Virus record (IMG/VR): IMGVR_UViG_3300043077_000092 | Strand: one strand, 5' to 3' | Source of the DNA: a virus | Lineage: Duplodnaviria > Caudoviricetes | DNA: 64,000 nucleotides | Shown here: one piece after another, positions 8,795 through 19,537 of the stretch | Layout of the letters: every line of letters begins with the position of its first letter | How positions within the stretch are numbered: position 1 is the first letter of the stretch | Translations under genes and position numbers: made by a program | Notes under the pieces: generated by a model | Databases searched by the model: none | What the model saw: the letters and a program-made list of their open reading frames with translations, nothing else | Told to the model about the DNA's origin: nothing

Positions 8795-10522
8795 ATGAAG
8801 AAAGAAGAGCGTAACATTCAATCTACGAGAGATTGGATTGTTGCAAAAGCTATTTTAGACAGGAAGTTCAATATTCCTGAAGCATTATACGCTGAGATAA
8901 ATGATGAAGTTATGATACTTATTATGGAAACCCCTGTATCAGAAAGAAAATGGTTCCATAATGAGTTTATCCATAATGAGCATTTCAGGGAATTTGCCAA
9001 ATACGTACGTGAAAATGTAAGACGTAAGAAAGATGGGGTATATAAGTTTTTAACTGGTACGGGATTTGTTCATCAGAGAGAAATACTACAACTCATATTC
9101 TTCCGTCAGTCTGATTGGGCTTTATACGTAAAGTCTATGAGAAGAGAATACATGGCAATGTACGTGAATGCTGAAATGATTAGAATTTTGGAGTTCTTAT
9201 TATGTGAAGAGGACTTTAAATTCCAGATTATGAGCATCTATAACACTCTGAAATGGTATACCTCAAAACAAGAGGTAATCCGTCAATTAAGGGAAGATGC
9301 ATATAACAAAGACTATCGTGTCAATGTTGATAATGCAGTGGAATTTGCATATATGGTCAATTGTAATGAATCATATGCAGATTCAATGTTCTGTATTGAC
9401 AATGGTATTCCTGTTTTATATAAGGATTACGATATATCATTGTTACATATGTATCTGGAAACTGTTCTTGAATGCGGTTATCGTGGATTATTGGATTCAG
9501 TATTGTTAAACCTCGGGTCTTTACCAGTTGAAGATAATTCCGAGAAGACTAAGCTGTCAAATTTTCTATGGGAGATTGGTGATAGTCTTAATCAGAATAA
9601 CATGATTTACTATTGTATCTTTACAAAAGAGAAGTTCAATACTGCAACAATGATGGATATTATGACAGATGATAACCTGCGTTATAATGAATACGGTTGG
9701 AGAATGAACGCTCCCGGTTATATCAAGAATTTTAAAGATATAGTCCTTATGCATGGGCAGAATAAAGCAGGATATTCTATCGAGTTACAGGTATTATTCC
9801 TACAGCATAGTGGTGATGTGACATCTATGTTTGATGATAACGGTAAACTATTGGATGAGGCTAGTATTATCAAGATGGCAGACCAGTTACCAAGGTTGAT
9901 GCAGTTATTATCAACCAACAGTCTTAGATTTTTACTCACAAACTCACCAGAGTTTGTTAAGAACATAATGACTTCTGCTTCATTATCAATGGCTAGTTAT
10001 ATCGCTATTGCTAGAGCATTATTACCAATTCCAATTGACGAGGAATTATGGAAAGTTCTAAATGAGTATGAGTCAACTGGATTAATGGAAGTCACTGGTG
10101 GACAAATGGACTATCGTGTATTTCTCGTTACGCATATCGTATCAGAGATTTCAACTGATGTGTTATTCAACAATGTACCAGAAGCAATGGTTTATATTGA
10201 ACCTAGTGTTCTTTATATTACAAGAAATATGTCAGATGAAACAATGTTATACGCACCAGTTCATAGATTGGTTCCATATTTAAGAGCTTATCTTGAAAGG
10301 AATGATTACAAGAGACTTAATCTCTTTTGTAATGGGGAGTATGTCTCAATTACTACAGCAGTTGGTGGAGACATTGATTTCATAGTTGACCTTATGATAA
10401 AGGAGGAAAGATATGGGTATATCTGCGATATCAAATGTGATAATTTGGCTGTACTCATTGATTCGCTTTCATTAATGGTTGAACTTGGTGATTATAAGTT
10501 CTCAGAATTTAAAGATTTATAA
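8795..10522 (+). CDS. Hypothetical protein (575 aa, helical)
   Basis: Long ORF with RBS AAGGAGGG and a late-type promoter TACA-N6-TA at 8750-8761. Confidence 0.8.
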   Translation: MKKEERNIQSTRDWIVAKAILDRKFNIPEALYAEINDEVMILIMETPVSERKWFHNEFIHNEHFREFAKYVRENVRRKKDGVYKFLTGTGFVHQREILQLIFFRQSDWALYVKSMRREYMAMYVNAEMIRILEFLLCEEDFKFQIMSIYNTLKWYTSKQEVIRQLREDAYNKDYRVNVDNAVEFAYMVNCNESYADSMFCIDNGIPVLYKDYDISLLHMYLETVLECGYRGLLDSVLLNLGSLPVEDNSEKTKLSNFLWEIGDSLNQNNMIYYCIFTKEKFNTATMMDIMTDDNLRYNEYGWRMNAPGYIKNFKDIVLMHGQNKAGYSIELQVLFLQHSGDVTSMFDDNGKLLDEASIIKMADQLPRLMQLLSTNSLRFLLTNSPEFVKNIMTSASLSMASYIAIARALLPIPIDEELWKVLNEYESTGLMEVTGGQMDYRVFLVTHIVSEISTDVLFNNVPEAMVYIEPSVLYITRNMSDETMLYAPVHRLVPYLRAYLERNDYKRLNLFCNGEYVSITTAVGGDIDFIVDLMIKEERYGYICDIKCDNLAVLIDSLSLMVELGDYKFSEFKDL

Positions 10523-10540
10523 AAGGTGGTGAATTAATAC

Positions 10541-11812
10541 ATGTCGATTGTAAATCTACTCGGTAGTGGTTCAAATAAATGGAAATCTTGCAAGTACGAG
10601 GTTAATATTGAGATAAAGTTCTCTAGTGGAACTACTAGAACACTAAAACCTGCTCAAATAACTGGATTATATTGCGAGAAAGACTATGACAATGACCATC
10701 ATCCGATATTAATGCTCGACGTTGCATTGAGTAAGATAGACTCTAATGCTATTAATGATGAAACGGAATTTCATATCCGTATTAATCAGTTTTATAAAGA
10801 ATCTGAAAATGGGGAAAAGAAAGACCCTAAGATTTACCTGAATGATACTTTCGTGAAACTCAATACAAAATCAGATGCTAATTCAGATTCTAGTACTAAG
10901 ATAGAGAAATCTATTAGAAAAGCAAACCAGATGACAGATGATGATGTTGCACCTGAAGATTTAGCTAATCAGGAAACAATTCCACTTGTAAAGAAAGACG
11001 ATCAATCTCTGACAAAGAAGATGATTAATGGGGTATTATCAAATGTATCTCAATTGGAACTTATGGCTTGGATGTTATCAAAAGCAGGTTGTAGAAAACC
11101 AATGATGTTGTCTAACTTTACAAATCCTTCAAAGTTAAGTGAAGTGATTGTTCATCCAAAGACATTATTGGCAAATCTTCTTGAGATGGAAAAAGAATAT
11201 GGTTGGCATCAGGAAGGTACTTACATATTCTTTGATTACAATATGCTATACGTTACTCGTATGAATGGGTTATGTACAGCATGGGCTAAGAATGAGCCGA
11301 AGACTGTAAACTTCTGTATTAGCGATGCTTCATCAAGTGATAATGTACCTAGCGGTGTATTAATAAAGGATAATGCTGTTTATTATAACATTGGTCTTGA
11401 CCAGTATCAACAGTCAAATGCATCATCTGTTAGTGATCAGGTTGAGGGTAATAATATGCTCTTAATCAATACTACAAACGGTGGTTCATCAAATGTCAGT
11501 TCGGGAGTTACTTCTACATATGGTTCTGGTTCTTACAACACCAAGACATACCATGGTCATAACCCATATGAGGAAGAACAATACAAAAGAAGAAAACTGG
11601 AACAGGAAAACCAGATAAAGTTTACCTGCTTAAATGGTGATATAAGTTTCTTAACACCAAATAAGGAGTATAAGGTAGTTACAGACGTTACCAGTATTAT
11701 AAAGAACTTTAGTGGCAACTATAGATTGTCATCATTCAAAGCATCATTTGTAAAGAATGGTGATTACTTTGACTCATCTACAGAGATTGTTATAAAAAGA
11801 GTCTCAAAATAG
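10541..11812 (+). CDS. Putative baseplate hub protein (gp27/VgrG-like fold)
   Basis: Pattern EKEYGW..GTYIFFDYNMLY and a C-terminal GNYRLSSFKASF..GDYFDSSTEIVIKR typical of hub proteins; structural context. Confidence 0.5.
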   Translation: MSIVNLLGSGSNKWKSCKYEVNIEIKFSSGTTRTLKPAQITGLYCEKDYDNDHHPILMLDVALSKIDSNAINDETEFHIRINQFYKESENGEKKDPKIYLNDTFVKLNTKSDANSDSSTKIEKSIRKANQMTDDDVAPEDLANQETIPLVKKDDQSLTKKMINGVLSNVSQLELMAWMLSKAGCRKPMMLSNFTNPSKLSEVIVHPKTLLANLLEMEKEYGWHQEGTYIFFDYNMLYVTRMNGLCTAWAKNEPKTVNFCISDASSSDNVPSGVLIKDNAVYYNIGLDQYQQSNASSVSDQVEGNNMLLINTTNGGSSNVSSGVTSTYGSGSYNTKTYHGHNPYEEEQYKRRKLEQENQIKFTCLNGDISFLTPNKEYKVVTDVTSIIKNFSGNYRLSSFKASFVKNGDYFDSSTEIVIKRVSK

Positions 11813-11815
11813 AAT

Positions 11816-11852
11816 AAGATGGAAGAGAATTGGATTTTCTCTTCCATCTTTA
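11816..11852. terminator. Bidirectional terminator between convergent genes
   Basis: Perfect inverted repeat AAGATGGAAGAGAA / TTCTCTTCCATCTT. Confidence 0.8.
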
Positions 11853-11857
11853 TCGTT

Positions 11858-14179
11858 TTATTTCGACTGCGTCTTTAATGCCTCAGCATCCTTTTCTTTC
11901 TCTTTCTTCTGATTAGCCTTTGAGATATACTTATCGTTCTTATCGAACTTAGGTCTTGAACCATCAATATCAGAAAGAGCGTTGATGTATGCTAAGAACT
12001 GTTCCTCTCTAGCTTTGATATAGAGAGTGATACAATTCTTGAAGAAACGATCTACGTTCTTCTTATAAGTAACTGCTGAGTTGTTAGTCTTCTTTTCTCC
12101 GATACCAGTTTCATTGGTATTCTTATTGGCATCATCTTTATCAGTAGATTCAACTCCAGTTGCAGATACTGCATCTTTAGCATTGCCCTTTGCATCCTTT
12201 TCTCCAGCGGCTCCAGTAGCCTTTGCAGAGTCACCGATACTTGCATTGGCTCCTTTAAGACCAGCATTTCCACGTCCAATCTTTACGTCTCCAGCTTCAG
12301 TTACAATAGAACCTACACTTTCAGATACAGGTGAGAAAATTGAATTGTAGTCTGTACAGAGAATGATATCACTCTCGCATACTGTACGACCAATTAAGTC
12401 AAGATAAGTACTACCTGTAATCATAGATTCTGTTACAGGGAAACCTTCACTTGATGACTTAAATGTACTGCTGATATTCTCTGATGGTTTTGTTACAGTA
12501 GAACCATACTGTTCGATATATTTAATCATATCCGGAACTTTACCAGCAAGTTTATCACCAGTTAAAGTAACCTGATCAAGTTTCTCATCTGCTTTTCCTG
12601 TACGGAAGTAGTTAAGCATAATGGTTCTACTAGAGTCATCATTGATTTTATCAAAGGAATCAAATGAATTGATGATATCCTTTGCGAAAGATACATCCTC
12701 ATAGTTCTTAGAGGAATAAGCTTTCTTAATGGCTGAGGTGATCTTTGTAGCCATACCATTGTAATCAGCATCGGCAAAGTTTGCCATCTTGAACTCCTGT
12801 TTCTGTTTAGCCTTATCAGCTAATCCATCTTTGATTTCATCAATCCAAGGTTTGTACTTAGTAGCATCTCCCATTGCTTTCTTTCTGAAAGTTGCTACAA
12901 CGGATTCAATGATGTCTCCAATTAAAGCTTTGGCTTTACCTGCACCAGAGTTCATATCAGCTTCCAATAACCAGTGAACCTGCTTTGTATTGATAGATTC
13001 CGTTAAGAATACAGCCTCATTTACAAGAGCTCTCTGAGCTAACTGGTCATAGTAACGATGGTCAAGAATAGATGATTCCATCGCATAACTGATATAATCT
13101 CTTCCTTCGTATCCAGTATTCTGGAATACAGGAATAACTGATTCATTAATCTTATCAGTCTTATCCTCACCAGTACCGTTTGATGAGAAAAGACATTTTC
13201 TAAGAATAACACGTTCCTGTTTAATCTGGTCTCTTAATGCATTAACTCTTTCACAAGCAACCAGATTAATCATAGATGCAATCTTGTTTACCTGTCTTGA
13301 TTTGAAAGTTGCATAAGTACTAAGTACTTTCATTGAAGAGTCGTTTACGTTCTGATAGTTACTGGTTGTAGAAAACCTGTTGTTAGTGGTATCAATCTTA
13401 GCAGTATTTGCCTGCAACTGATTACCTTTGTACATCGTAGGTAATGACTTGCTAAAGAACGTCTCCGATTTGGATAGTAATGTAACAAGCTGGTCTCTAT
13501 CCTTAATGGATGATTTCTTTGTATCCTCAAGTTTCTTTGCATGAGAGATGATACCATTGACGTAAGAGTTATCAACCTTGATATCATGGGTATCCTTTTC
13601 TCCATCTCTGTAATAAGAACGAACGGTTTCCAGATACTCGTCTTCCAAGATATTATCATTGGTACCAAGGACTTCCCCTCTTAACTTGTCAAGATGATTA
13701 TCGCTCATCCAATCGATAATCTTTTTCTTAAGTTCTGCGTCTTTGAGTTTTGAAATATCATCCATATCAGAATTATATTCTGAAACGATATTCTGAAACT
13801 CTTTCATATTTGGACCAGACTTATCAAGAACAGTGAACTTATAACCATCAATGGTAAAGTCAATGGTTTTATCCTTTATAACTTTCTTTACTTCATCAGC
13901 AACCTTATCCAAGTCAGCAGATGCAGAAGTAATATAAAGCATAACTTTCTTGAAGAATTCTTTTACACGTTCAATGAACTTTTTGATTCCATCTGCAATG
14001 GTTTTGAATATGTCGGAAACTCCTTCTAATACAACGTCATATGATGCACCAGATTCCATAAGATATCCAGAATATACAAATGATTTGAATGTCTCTGTAT
14101 CAGACTCCTGTACACCGTAGATGATAGAGAGAGCTTCGCATGTCCCATCAAAGGAATCAAATTCCAATAATGCATTCAT
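11858..14179 (-). CDS. Putative internal head protein (paralogous family, probably two tandem copies of the domain)
   Basis: LEG..FKTIADGIKKFIERVKEFFKKV block shared with the 14303 and 15601 genes; many hydrophobic-x-E|S/A/G motifs; late promoter at 14211-14222. Confidence 0.6.
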   Translation of the reverse strand: MNALLEFDSFDGTCEALSIIYGVQESDTETFKSFVYSGYLMESGASYDVVLEGVSDIFKTIADGIKKFIERVKEFFKKVMLYITSASADLDKVADEVKKVIKDKTIDFTIDGYKFTVLDKSGPNMKEFQNIVSEYNSDMDDISKLKDAELKKKIIDWMSDNHLDKLRGEVLGTNDNILEDEYLETVRSYYRDGEKDTHDIKVDNSYVNGIISHAKKLEDTKKSSIKDRDQLVTLLSKSETFFSKSLPTMYKGNQLQANTAKIDTTNNRFSTTSNYQNVNDSSMKVLSTYATFKSRQVNKIASMINLVACERVNALRDQIKQERVILRKCLFSSNGTGEDKTDKINESVIPVFQNTGYEGRDYISYAMESSILDHRYYDQLAQRALVNEAVFLTESINTKQVHWLLEADMNSGAGKAKALIGDIIESVVATFRKKAMGDATKYKPWIDEIKDGLADKAKQKQEFKMANFADADYNGMATKITSAIKKAYSSKNYEDVSFAKDIINSFDSFDKINDDSSRTIMLNYFRTGKADEKLDQVTLTGDKLAGKVPDMIKYIEQYGSTVTKPSENISSTFKSSSEGFPVTESMITGSTYLDLIGRTVCESDIILCTDYNSIFSPVSESVGSIVTEAGDVKIGRGNAGLKGANASIGDSAKATGAAGEKDAKGNAKDAVSATGVESTDKDDANKNTNETGIGEKKTNNSAVTYKKNVDRFFKNCITLYIKAREEQFLAYINALSDIDGSRPKFDKNDKYISKANQKKEKEKDAEALKTQSK

Positions 14180-14238
14180 GAGAATTACTCCTTTCTAAGA
14201 TTTATTCTATTAATAGATTGTATTTGGTACAAAAGAAC

Positions 14239-14270
14239 AAAGGACAGGGGGAATTACTCCTCTGTCCTTT
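14239..14270 (-). terminator. Intrinsic terminator
   Basis: AAAGGACAGGGG / CCTCTGTCCTTT stem with a T-rich tail on the minus strand. Confidence 0.65.
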
Positions 14271-14302
14271 ATTACGTGTATCCCTATTCGGGATGGGGTC
14301 GC

Positions 14303-15598
14303 TTATAATCTGTAAGCGTTTGCAACTTCAAGAATACTTGCAATTGCAGACTCTGTAGCACATTCAGCGGTATCATCCTTAGAAGAACCGCCCTTGCCAC
14401 CGTCATCAGCGCCAGTATCACCGGTATCCTTTCCATCGTCAAGGATATCATCCGGTGTATCAGATTCAATTGTACCAAGTGCTTCCGGATCAACCAGATC
14501 CTCATCAGTTGCGCTCTCGAATGCACCCTTGTTACCTTTGAAGTTGTAGAACTTCTTGAGCACGCCGAGCCACTCTTTGGCAATGGTCTTATTCATACTG
14601 ATCTGAACATTGCATGGGATCTTGTAAAGGTTCAGATATGCCGAAATAAGGCTGGATACATAAGATGCATTACGAACCTTGTTCTCTCCGCCTTCTTCGC
14701 CATCCTTTGCAGCATACTTATCGAGTTTACTGATAACTTTCTTCACATTCTCTTCATACTTTGTCAAATCTTTCTGATACGTTGTGATTTGAGAAGAAGA
14801 GTTTTTGAGGAAGTTGATCATCTTATCGATGCCGATACCCTCAAAATCCTTGATATCGCTCTTGCTGCTTGCTCCGCCCTGATATACTTCTTCCAGATCA
14901 GACTGATACTCTGATGTATCATTCGCTTTGAAATCTGTGGAAAGAAACTGATCAACTTTGTCAGAAACCGATGTCTCAGCAGATTCATCAAATTTGGCAC
15001 CAAGGGTGGCATCAATTTTCTTGTGAAACTCCTTAGTGTCCATTGGTTCCAAACCAACATCGTAATCTGCAAGCAGTTTCTTGATCACTCCGTCGACTTT
15101 ATCTTTGTCGGCTTTGGCTTTGTTGTCACCGGCTGTATAATCGTATTTGAATCCGGTATAATGGAAGTCTTTTACTTTCTTAGACTTATCCTGAAGCATC
15201 TTTCCATATCTCTTCACAAAATCTTCAGAGTTAGAGAACATGGCTTTGAACCACTCGATTACTCTCTTGTAAAACTCTCTGATCTTTGCGATGAATTTGT
15301 GGAATGCATTCTTGATCTTCTCGATTCCACTCTTGACAACACCCTCCTGAATGGAGGTAATGTATGCGTTATCAACAGTATTACCGATTCTGCTCTCATG
15401 AATAACCTGTGCAGCACCAACAACATCAGCTACCATGTAACTCATGTCAGCTTCCATAATGTCACTGAATAATGTCGCACATGCAGAAGTCAGAAAGGAA
15501 GACTCAGCAACGATACTGTTACTAAAATCATATCCCATACCAACTTCACCAGAAGGAACACTCGCACCTTCCATAATAATTGAAGCAAGGTTAGACAT
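14303..15598 (-). CDS. Putative internal head protein (paralog)
   Basis: MSNLASIIMEG start nearly identical to the 15601 gene; IQEG..IEKIKNAFHKFIAKIREFYKRV..FSNSEDFVKRY. Confidence 0.6.
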   Translation of the reverse strand: MSNLASIIMEGASVPSGEVGMGYDFSNSIVAESSFLTSACATLFSDIMEADMSYMVADVVGAAQVIHESRIGNTVDNAYITSIQEGVVKSGIEKIKNAFHKFIAKIREFYKRVIEWFKAMFSNSEDFVKRYGKMLQDKSKKVKDFHYTGFKYDYTAGDNKAKADKDKVDGVIKKLLADYDVGLEPMDTKEFHKKIDATLGAKFDESAETSVSDKVDQFLSTDFKANDTSEYQSDLEEVYQGGASSKSDIKDFEGIGIDKMINFLKNSSSQITTYQKDLTKYEENVKKVISKLDKYAAKDGEEGGENKVRNASYVSSLISAYLNLYKIPCNVQISMNKTIAKEWLGVLKKFYNFKGNKGAFESATDEDLVDPEALGTIESDTPDDILDDGKDTGDTGADDGGKGGSSKDDTAECATESAIASILEVANAYRL

Positions 15599-15600
15599 AA

Positions 15601-16668
15601 TTACTTACCTCCTTTATGTTTTCTGGCATACGCAAATGCACCAGTAAGCGCAGATTTGTACGCATGATTTCTTTCTGAAAGTGCAGATTTAGCTGCCTGA
15701 TAAGCCGAGTTCTGTGCTGTCTGCATTTTGGATAATGTAGACGAAAAAACTCTAAGGGCTGCTGACGCCTGAGCAACAGCTCCTGCATTACCCGTCTTAT
15801 CGTTGACTTTAAGGCTATTGGATGCATTATCAACCAATTTAACCGCAGCCGTATACATTGATTCGGTCTTGCTGATCGCCGTATCATATGCAGACAATTC
15901 ACTTGAGGACTTCTTAAGAGTATCGATCATCATGTTGATATTTGATGCAACAGGGAGATCTTCTTTGTCTTTTTCATCATCTGCACCACCACGCATTTTT
16001 GACCAAAGAGCCTTTGCCAGCTCGTCTTCATCGATTGATTTACCAACTAAGTCTTTGATAAAACCGAGATAATCCTCCTTGGCCTTGTCATTTAACGCGT
16101 CCTCATCAACTGCATCGTTGCGTCTCTTTAACGAAGCAGTGCGGATATCTTTGATTGCATCATCAGTATCCTTAGTGAGTGAAGTTGCCTTTTCAGCAAG
16201 CTGCGTCTTTGTCAATGCCGGAATAATCTGGCTGTAATCATACATCTTGACCTTGTAGTCCTTCAGATCGGCGGAGTTAATAGCCTTAAGATCTTTCTCA
16301 TAGGTTTTCACCCATTTCTCGTCGTTGCTGAAGATACCGGAGAGGTAACGTTTGATGTTGTGAATGAATTCTTTGACCTTGTCCTTCAAGTTAATGAAGA
16401 ACTGTCTGATCTTTTCAAACGCACTGTTTACTGCTGCCTCCATGATAGCGGAATGCGTAGCAGATTCCTCTACACTGGAATATCCTTCCATTGCGGCGGC
16501 AATAGTGCATGTATTAGGCGTATAGAAGGTAGCCTCGAAGATGTCTCTAAGAGCTTCGGCACTTTCCATAGCAATCAATCCAGCGCCGTTTTCATGATCG
16601 TAATGTCTCTGAAGGTGTCCCGTCCCAATGGACGTACCTTCCATAATCATAGTCGCCAAATTAGACAT
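15601..16668 (-). CDS. Putative internal head protein (paralog)
   Basis: MSNLATMIMEG; IMEA..FEKIRQFFINLKDKVKEFIHNI..FSNDEKWVKTY. Confidence 0.6.
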   Translation of the reverse strand: MSNLATMIMEGTSIGTGHLQRHYDHENGAGLIAMESAEALRDIFEATFYTPNTCTIAAAMEGYSSVEESATHSAIMEAAVNSAFEKIRQFFINLKDKVKEFIHNIKRYLSGIFSNDEKWVKTYEKDLKAINSADLKDYKVKMYDYSQIIPALTKTQLAEKATSLTKDTDDAIKDIRTASLKRRNDAVDEDALNDKAKEDYLGFIKDLVGKSIDEDELAKALWSKMRGGADDEKDKEDLPVASNINMMIDTLKKSSSELSAYDTAISKTESMYTAAVKLVDNASNSLKVNDKTGNAGAVAQASAALRVFSSTLSKMQTAQNSAYQAAKSALSERNHAYKSALTGAFAYARKHKGGK

Positions 16669-16721
16669 GATTACTTACCTCCTTTTCATTAACTTTGTAT
16701 TTTGTACAAAATGCAAAATTC

Positions 16722-17741
16722 TTAAACGATGGTGAAACCTGTTCCATCCATCTTGTTCGAGAAAATTTGCTTTTCGATGTTTTGCAATGAGAAACCTTTG
16801 TTGTCATTGGCAACCTGTTTCTTTGCGAGGGCACCGATATCCTCATCATTGATTTTGAGCTTGTCGGATCTTCTCCGACATTGAAGAATTATTTTTTCCT
16901 GTTTTTTAAGTATGTCCTTTTTCTGCTGTGCAGATTTGTTCGATGCTTGAACACCGAGTTTGTTGAGTTCGAGGAAATCCGCCTGCATATCTAAATAGTC
17001 AGACAGTTGTACCCTCGTTCTGTAATAAAAATAGATGAGCTCCCTTGTAATCGGAACAATGGAAACCAATGCCGTGATGACAATCCCAGTGATAACAACT
17101 CCAGTTCCAGTGAAATTTTTCCTCTGGGCATCTAACAAATAGTTCGCCATCGTTTCAAAGTGACCCACCTTAACTTCCCCATTAAATCTCTGAAGATTAT
17201 CCAACGAAATCCTCCCACGACCCTTGTCGTTCTTTGACTTAACGGTATCGTACTGAGACTGCTCGGGTCCCAATAGATAATTCATGTAGTCGGCGATAAT
17301 CATTGACGTTGCGTCGATAACCGCCATTACGATTGTGTTATAAAACAAAATCAAATAATCTTGTTTTAACTGGAAAGCTAACTCGAAAGTTGGCTTAAAT
17401 CGTTTGATATTTGCGACTGATTCTTTCACAATATCAACGTCTGTTGTCGGAACCGCATTCTTAACCATAAGTTCCGTAAGTACATCTAAACTTTCCTGCG
17501 TTGACTTGTAATATTTACATTTGGCGATATCACCCTTTGAGTCAGGAATATCTCCAAAATCGCAATCTTTTCTGTCCAATACGCTCTTATAGAGCTCTCT
17601 CACCAAGGTACCGTTTACCTGATGGATATCATCCTTATTCATACCCTGAATATACTTCTTATCTTCGGGAGTAGATGCTTCCGTTACGATAGAAGATACC
17701 TTTACAATATCAGGGTACCAACTTCTGCTTGTCATCATCAC
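16722..17741 (-). CDS. Putative virion structural protein
   Basis: 339 aa in the late minus-strand operon; VTEA motif near the N-terminus; one hydrophobic stretch (GVVITGIVITALVSIVPI). Confidence 0.55.
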   Translation of the reverse strand: MMMTSRSWYPDIVKVSSIVTEASTPEDKKYIQGMNKDDIHQVNGTLVRELYKSVLDRKDCDFGDIPDSKGDIAKCKYYKSTQESLDVLTELMVKNAVPTTDVDIVKESVANIKRFKPTFELAFQLKQDYLILFYNTIVMAVIDATSMIIADYMNYLLGPEQSQYDTVKSKNDKGRGRISLDNLQRFNGEVKVGHFETMANYLLDAQRKNFTGTGVVITGIVITALVSIVPITRELIYFYYRTRVQLSDYLDMQADFLELNKLGVQASNKSAQQKKDILKKQEKIILQCRRRSDKLKINDEDIGALAKKQVANDNKGFSLQNIEKQIFSNKMDGTGFTIV

Positions 17742-19162
17742 ATACTCCTTCCTAACATCTTCATCATGTTCTTAAATGCTTTATCATCGCTCTGATTCTC
17801 CCTGCGGAGCGTATCATAAGTGTAGGTATCAGTTGTTTCAATACCATCGAACCTGAAAGTTGCTCTCTGAGTAACAGGGTTTACAACGATATATCCGAGC
17901 AAAAAATAAACGTCCATCATTCTATTGATGATACGTTCATCGGATAAGTCATATCCATAGGTATCTCTGATATACTCGATAGTCGGCTGAGATATAACCA
18001 AAGAAGCATTTGGTAAAATGGAGTTCTTTGATACGTGAAGAGCCGATCTCGATGCATTCTTTCTTCTCTTTAATGCAGGTCTCCAACCGGTTACATCATT
18101 ACCAGCATCTTTTGCATCCATCTTAATGGTATCGATGGCAAATAAGAAATCCTTAAAGAATTTAATCTCGCCAGTTGTCCAACGAATAAAATTGAACACG
18201 ACGTTTTCATTACGCATACCTGCAACTGTCATACGGACAATCTCATCAACTGGAATTGGATGAAGAGTTGCCTTTACACCCATGATGAAATCAATCGGAG
18301 TAAGTTCCTCTCTTGTATATTTATCGATAGGATAAACTCTGATATGAAGAAGGGTCGGGACTAAGTCGTTTGCCTTCTTGCAGTCATTATCCGTGAGAGG
18401 TTTCCACTGAGCACCTCTGTCTCTAACATTCTGCTTTATAGCAGCCTGTTGTTTCGTTTCGGGCATTTTGTTTGTAACATTGACCGTTGGAGTGACATTA
18501 ACGTTGTTATTGGTTGTATGACGTCTGTCATTTACAACTGCGTTAGGACTTTCGACCTTAACATCTCCACCGCCAGTGTTGAGATTTGCAACAGCCGTAC
18601 GCTTATCGACAAACGTATCAGCTTCCATAGTAGGTGCTGAAATACGAAAACGATCGTTTAACGTATAAGGGGTTGTAACCTCTTCAATTGTATAGTTACA
18701 GCGAACGTTAATATCCTGCGGTATTGAACGAGCTACCCCTTCATAGATTGCAGTTGCCAGACGAAACGCTTCACTCTCCATTGCGGTGTACTCAACATCT
18801 GTTGACTCATTGATGAAATCGGTCAGACTAATGTGAAGACCTTTCGTAGCATCTTTCACACGTATATTCTGATGGAACTGTTTCAAATAATCAGCAGCGT
18901 TAGGTGTCTCACCCTTTGTCACCTCAAGGTAAGGTTCCATGGTAAGTACCGTCAATAAGAATGATGCGAATTTCTTTTCTGCTGCTCTTGAGATGAGCAG
19001 ACTGTCATCTATGGGAGTAGAATCATCTACCAATACAGGGAAGTTTGCTGTACCTTCCATTGCAGATGCAGAAATTGAACGTTTGGTGCTATAGATACCT
19101 GCTGATGCAGCAGTTGCTTTAAGCTCTGTTAAAGTGTCAATAGCATCTCTAATTTCGCCCAT
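17738..19162 (-). CDS. Putative virion structural protein
   Basis: 474 aa; INES/AMES/TMEA motifs; late promoter AACA-N6-TA at 19192-19203. Confidence 0.55.
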   Translation of the reverse strand: MGEIRDAIDTLTELKATAASAGIYSTKRSISASAMEGTANFPVLVDDSTPIDDSLLISRAAEKKFASFLLTVLTMEPYLEVTKGETPNAADYLKQFHQNIRVKDATKGLHISLTDFINESTDVEYTAMESEAFRLATAIYEGVARSIPQDINVRCNYTIEEVTTPYTLNDRFRISAPTMEADTFVDKRTAVANLNTGGGDVKVESPNAVVNDRRHTTNNNVNVTPTVNVTNKMPETKQQAAIKQNVRDRGAQWKPLTDNDCKKANDLVPTLLHIRVYPIDKYTREELTPIDFIMGVKATLHPIPVDEIVRMTVAGMRNENVVFNFIRWTTGEIKFFKDFLFAIDTIKMDAKDAGNDVTGWRPALKRRKNASRSALHVSKNSILPNASLVISQPTIEYIRDTYGYDLSDERIINRMMDVYFLLGYIVVNPVTQRATFRFDGIETTDTYTYDTLRRENQSDDKAFKNMMKMLGRSM

Positions 19163-19255
19163 AATTTATTTCACCTCTTTCTATATAATATTAATCTTTT
19201 GTTCCATACGTTAAAATAGAAGCAACCTAAATACTCACTATATAAATATACAAAA

Positions 19256-19297
19256 AAAATATAGAGGGGTGACTTTAATCATCTCCCTCTATATTTT
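19256..19297 (-). terminator. Bidirectional terminator closing hairpin-peptide module A
   Basis: AAAATATAGAGGG..CCCTCTATATTTT inverted repeat. Confidence 0.75.
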
Positions 19298-19324
19298 TAA
19301 TAATTAATGACGTATCTTAATACA

Positions 19325-19537
19325 CTAAGATAATGCATTCAATATGAATCGCATATCCCGAGAAAATGATTCGGGGTCATCATTAATGTGAGCACGGTTA
19401 TATTCGTACTCACTCATGAAACTTTTGGTCGTGGTCGGACTTCGAGTTTCACGATATTGGTTCTGGGAAATCAGAGATCCTGGAACAACACCAACAACAG
19501 AGTTGTTGATATTACCAAATAGATGGTCAGTTATCAT
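19325..19537 (-). CDS. Small peptide, hairpin-module family copy A (70 aa)
   Basis: RBS GAAAGGAGGTGA; paralogous to the 43501, 43845 and 45908 ORFs; synonymous substitutions relative to copy D support coding. Confidence 0.8.
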   Translation of the reverse strand: MITDHLFGNINNSVVGVVPGSLISQNQYRETRSPTTTKSFMSEYEYNRAHINDDPESFSRDMRFILNALS

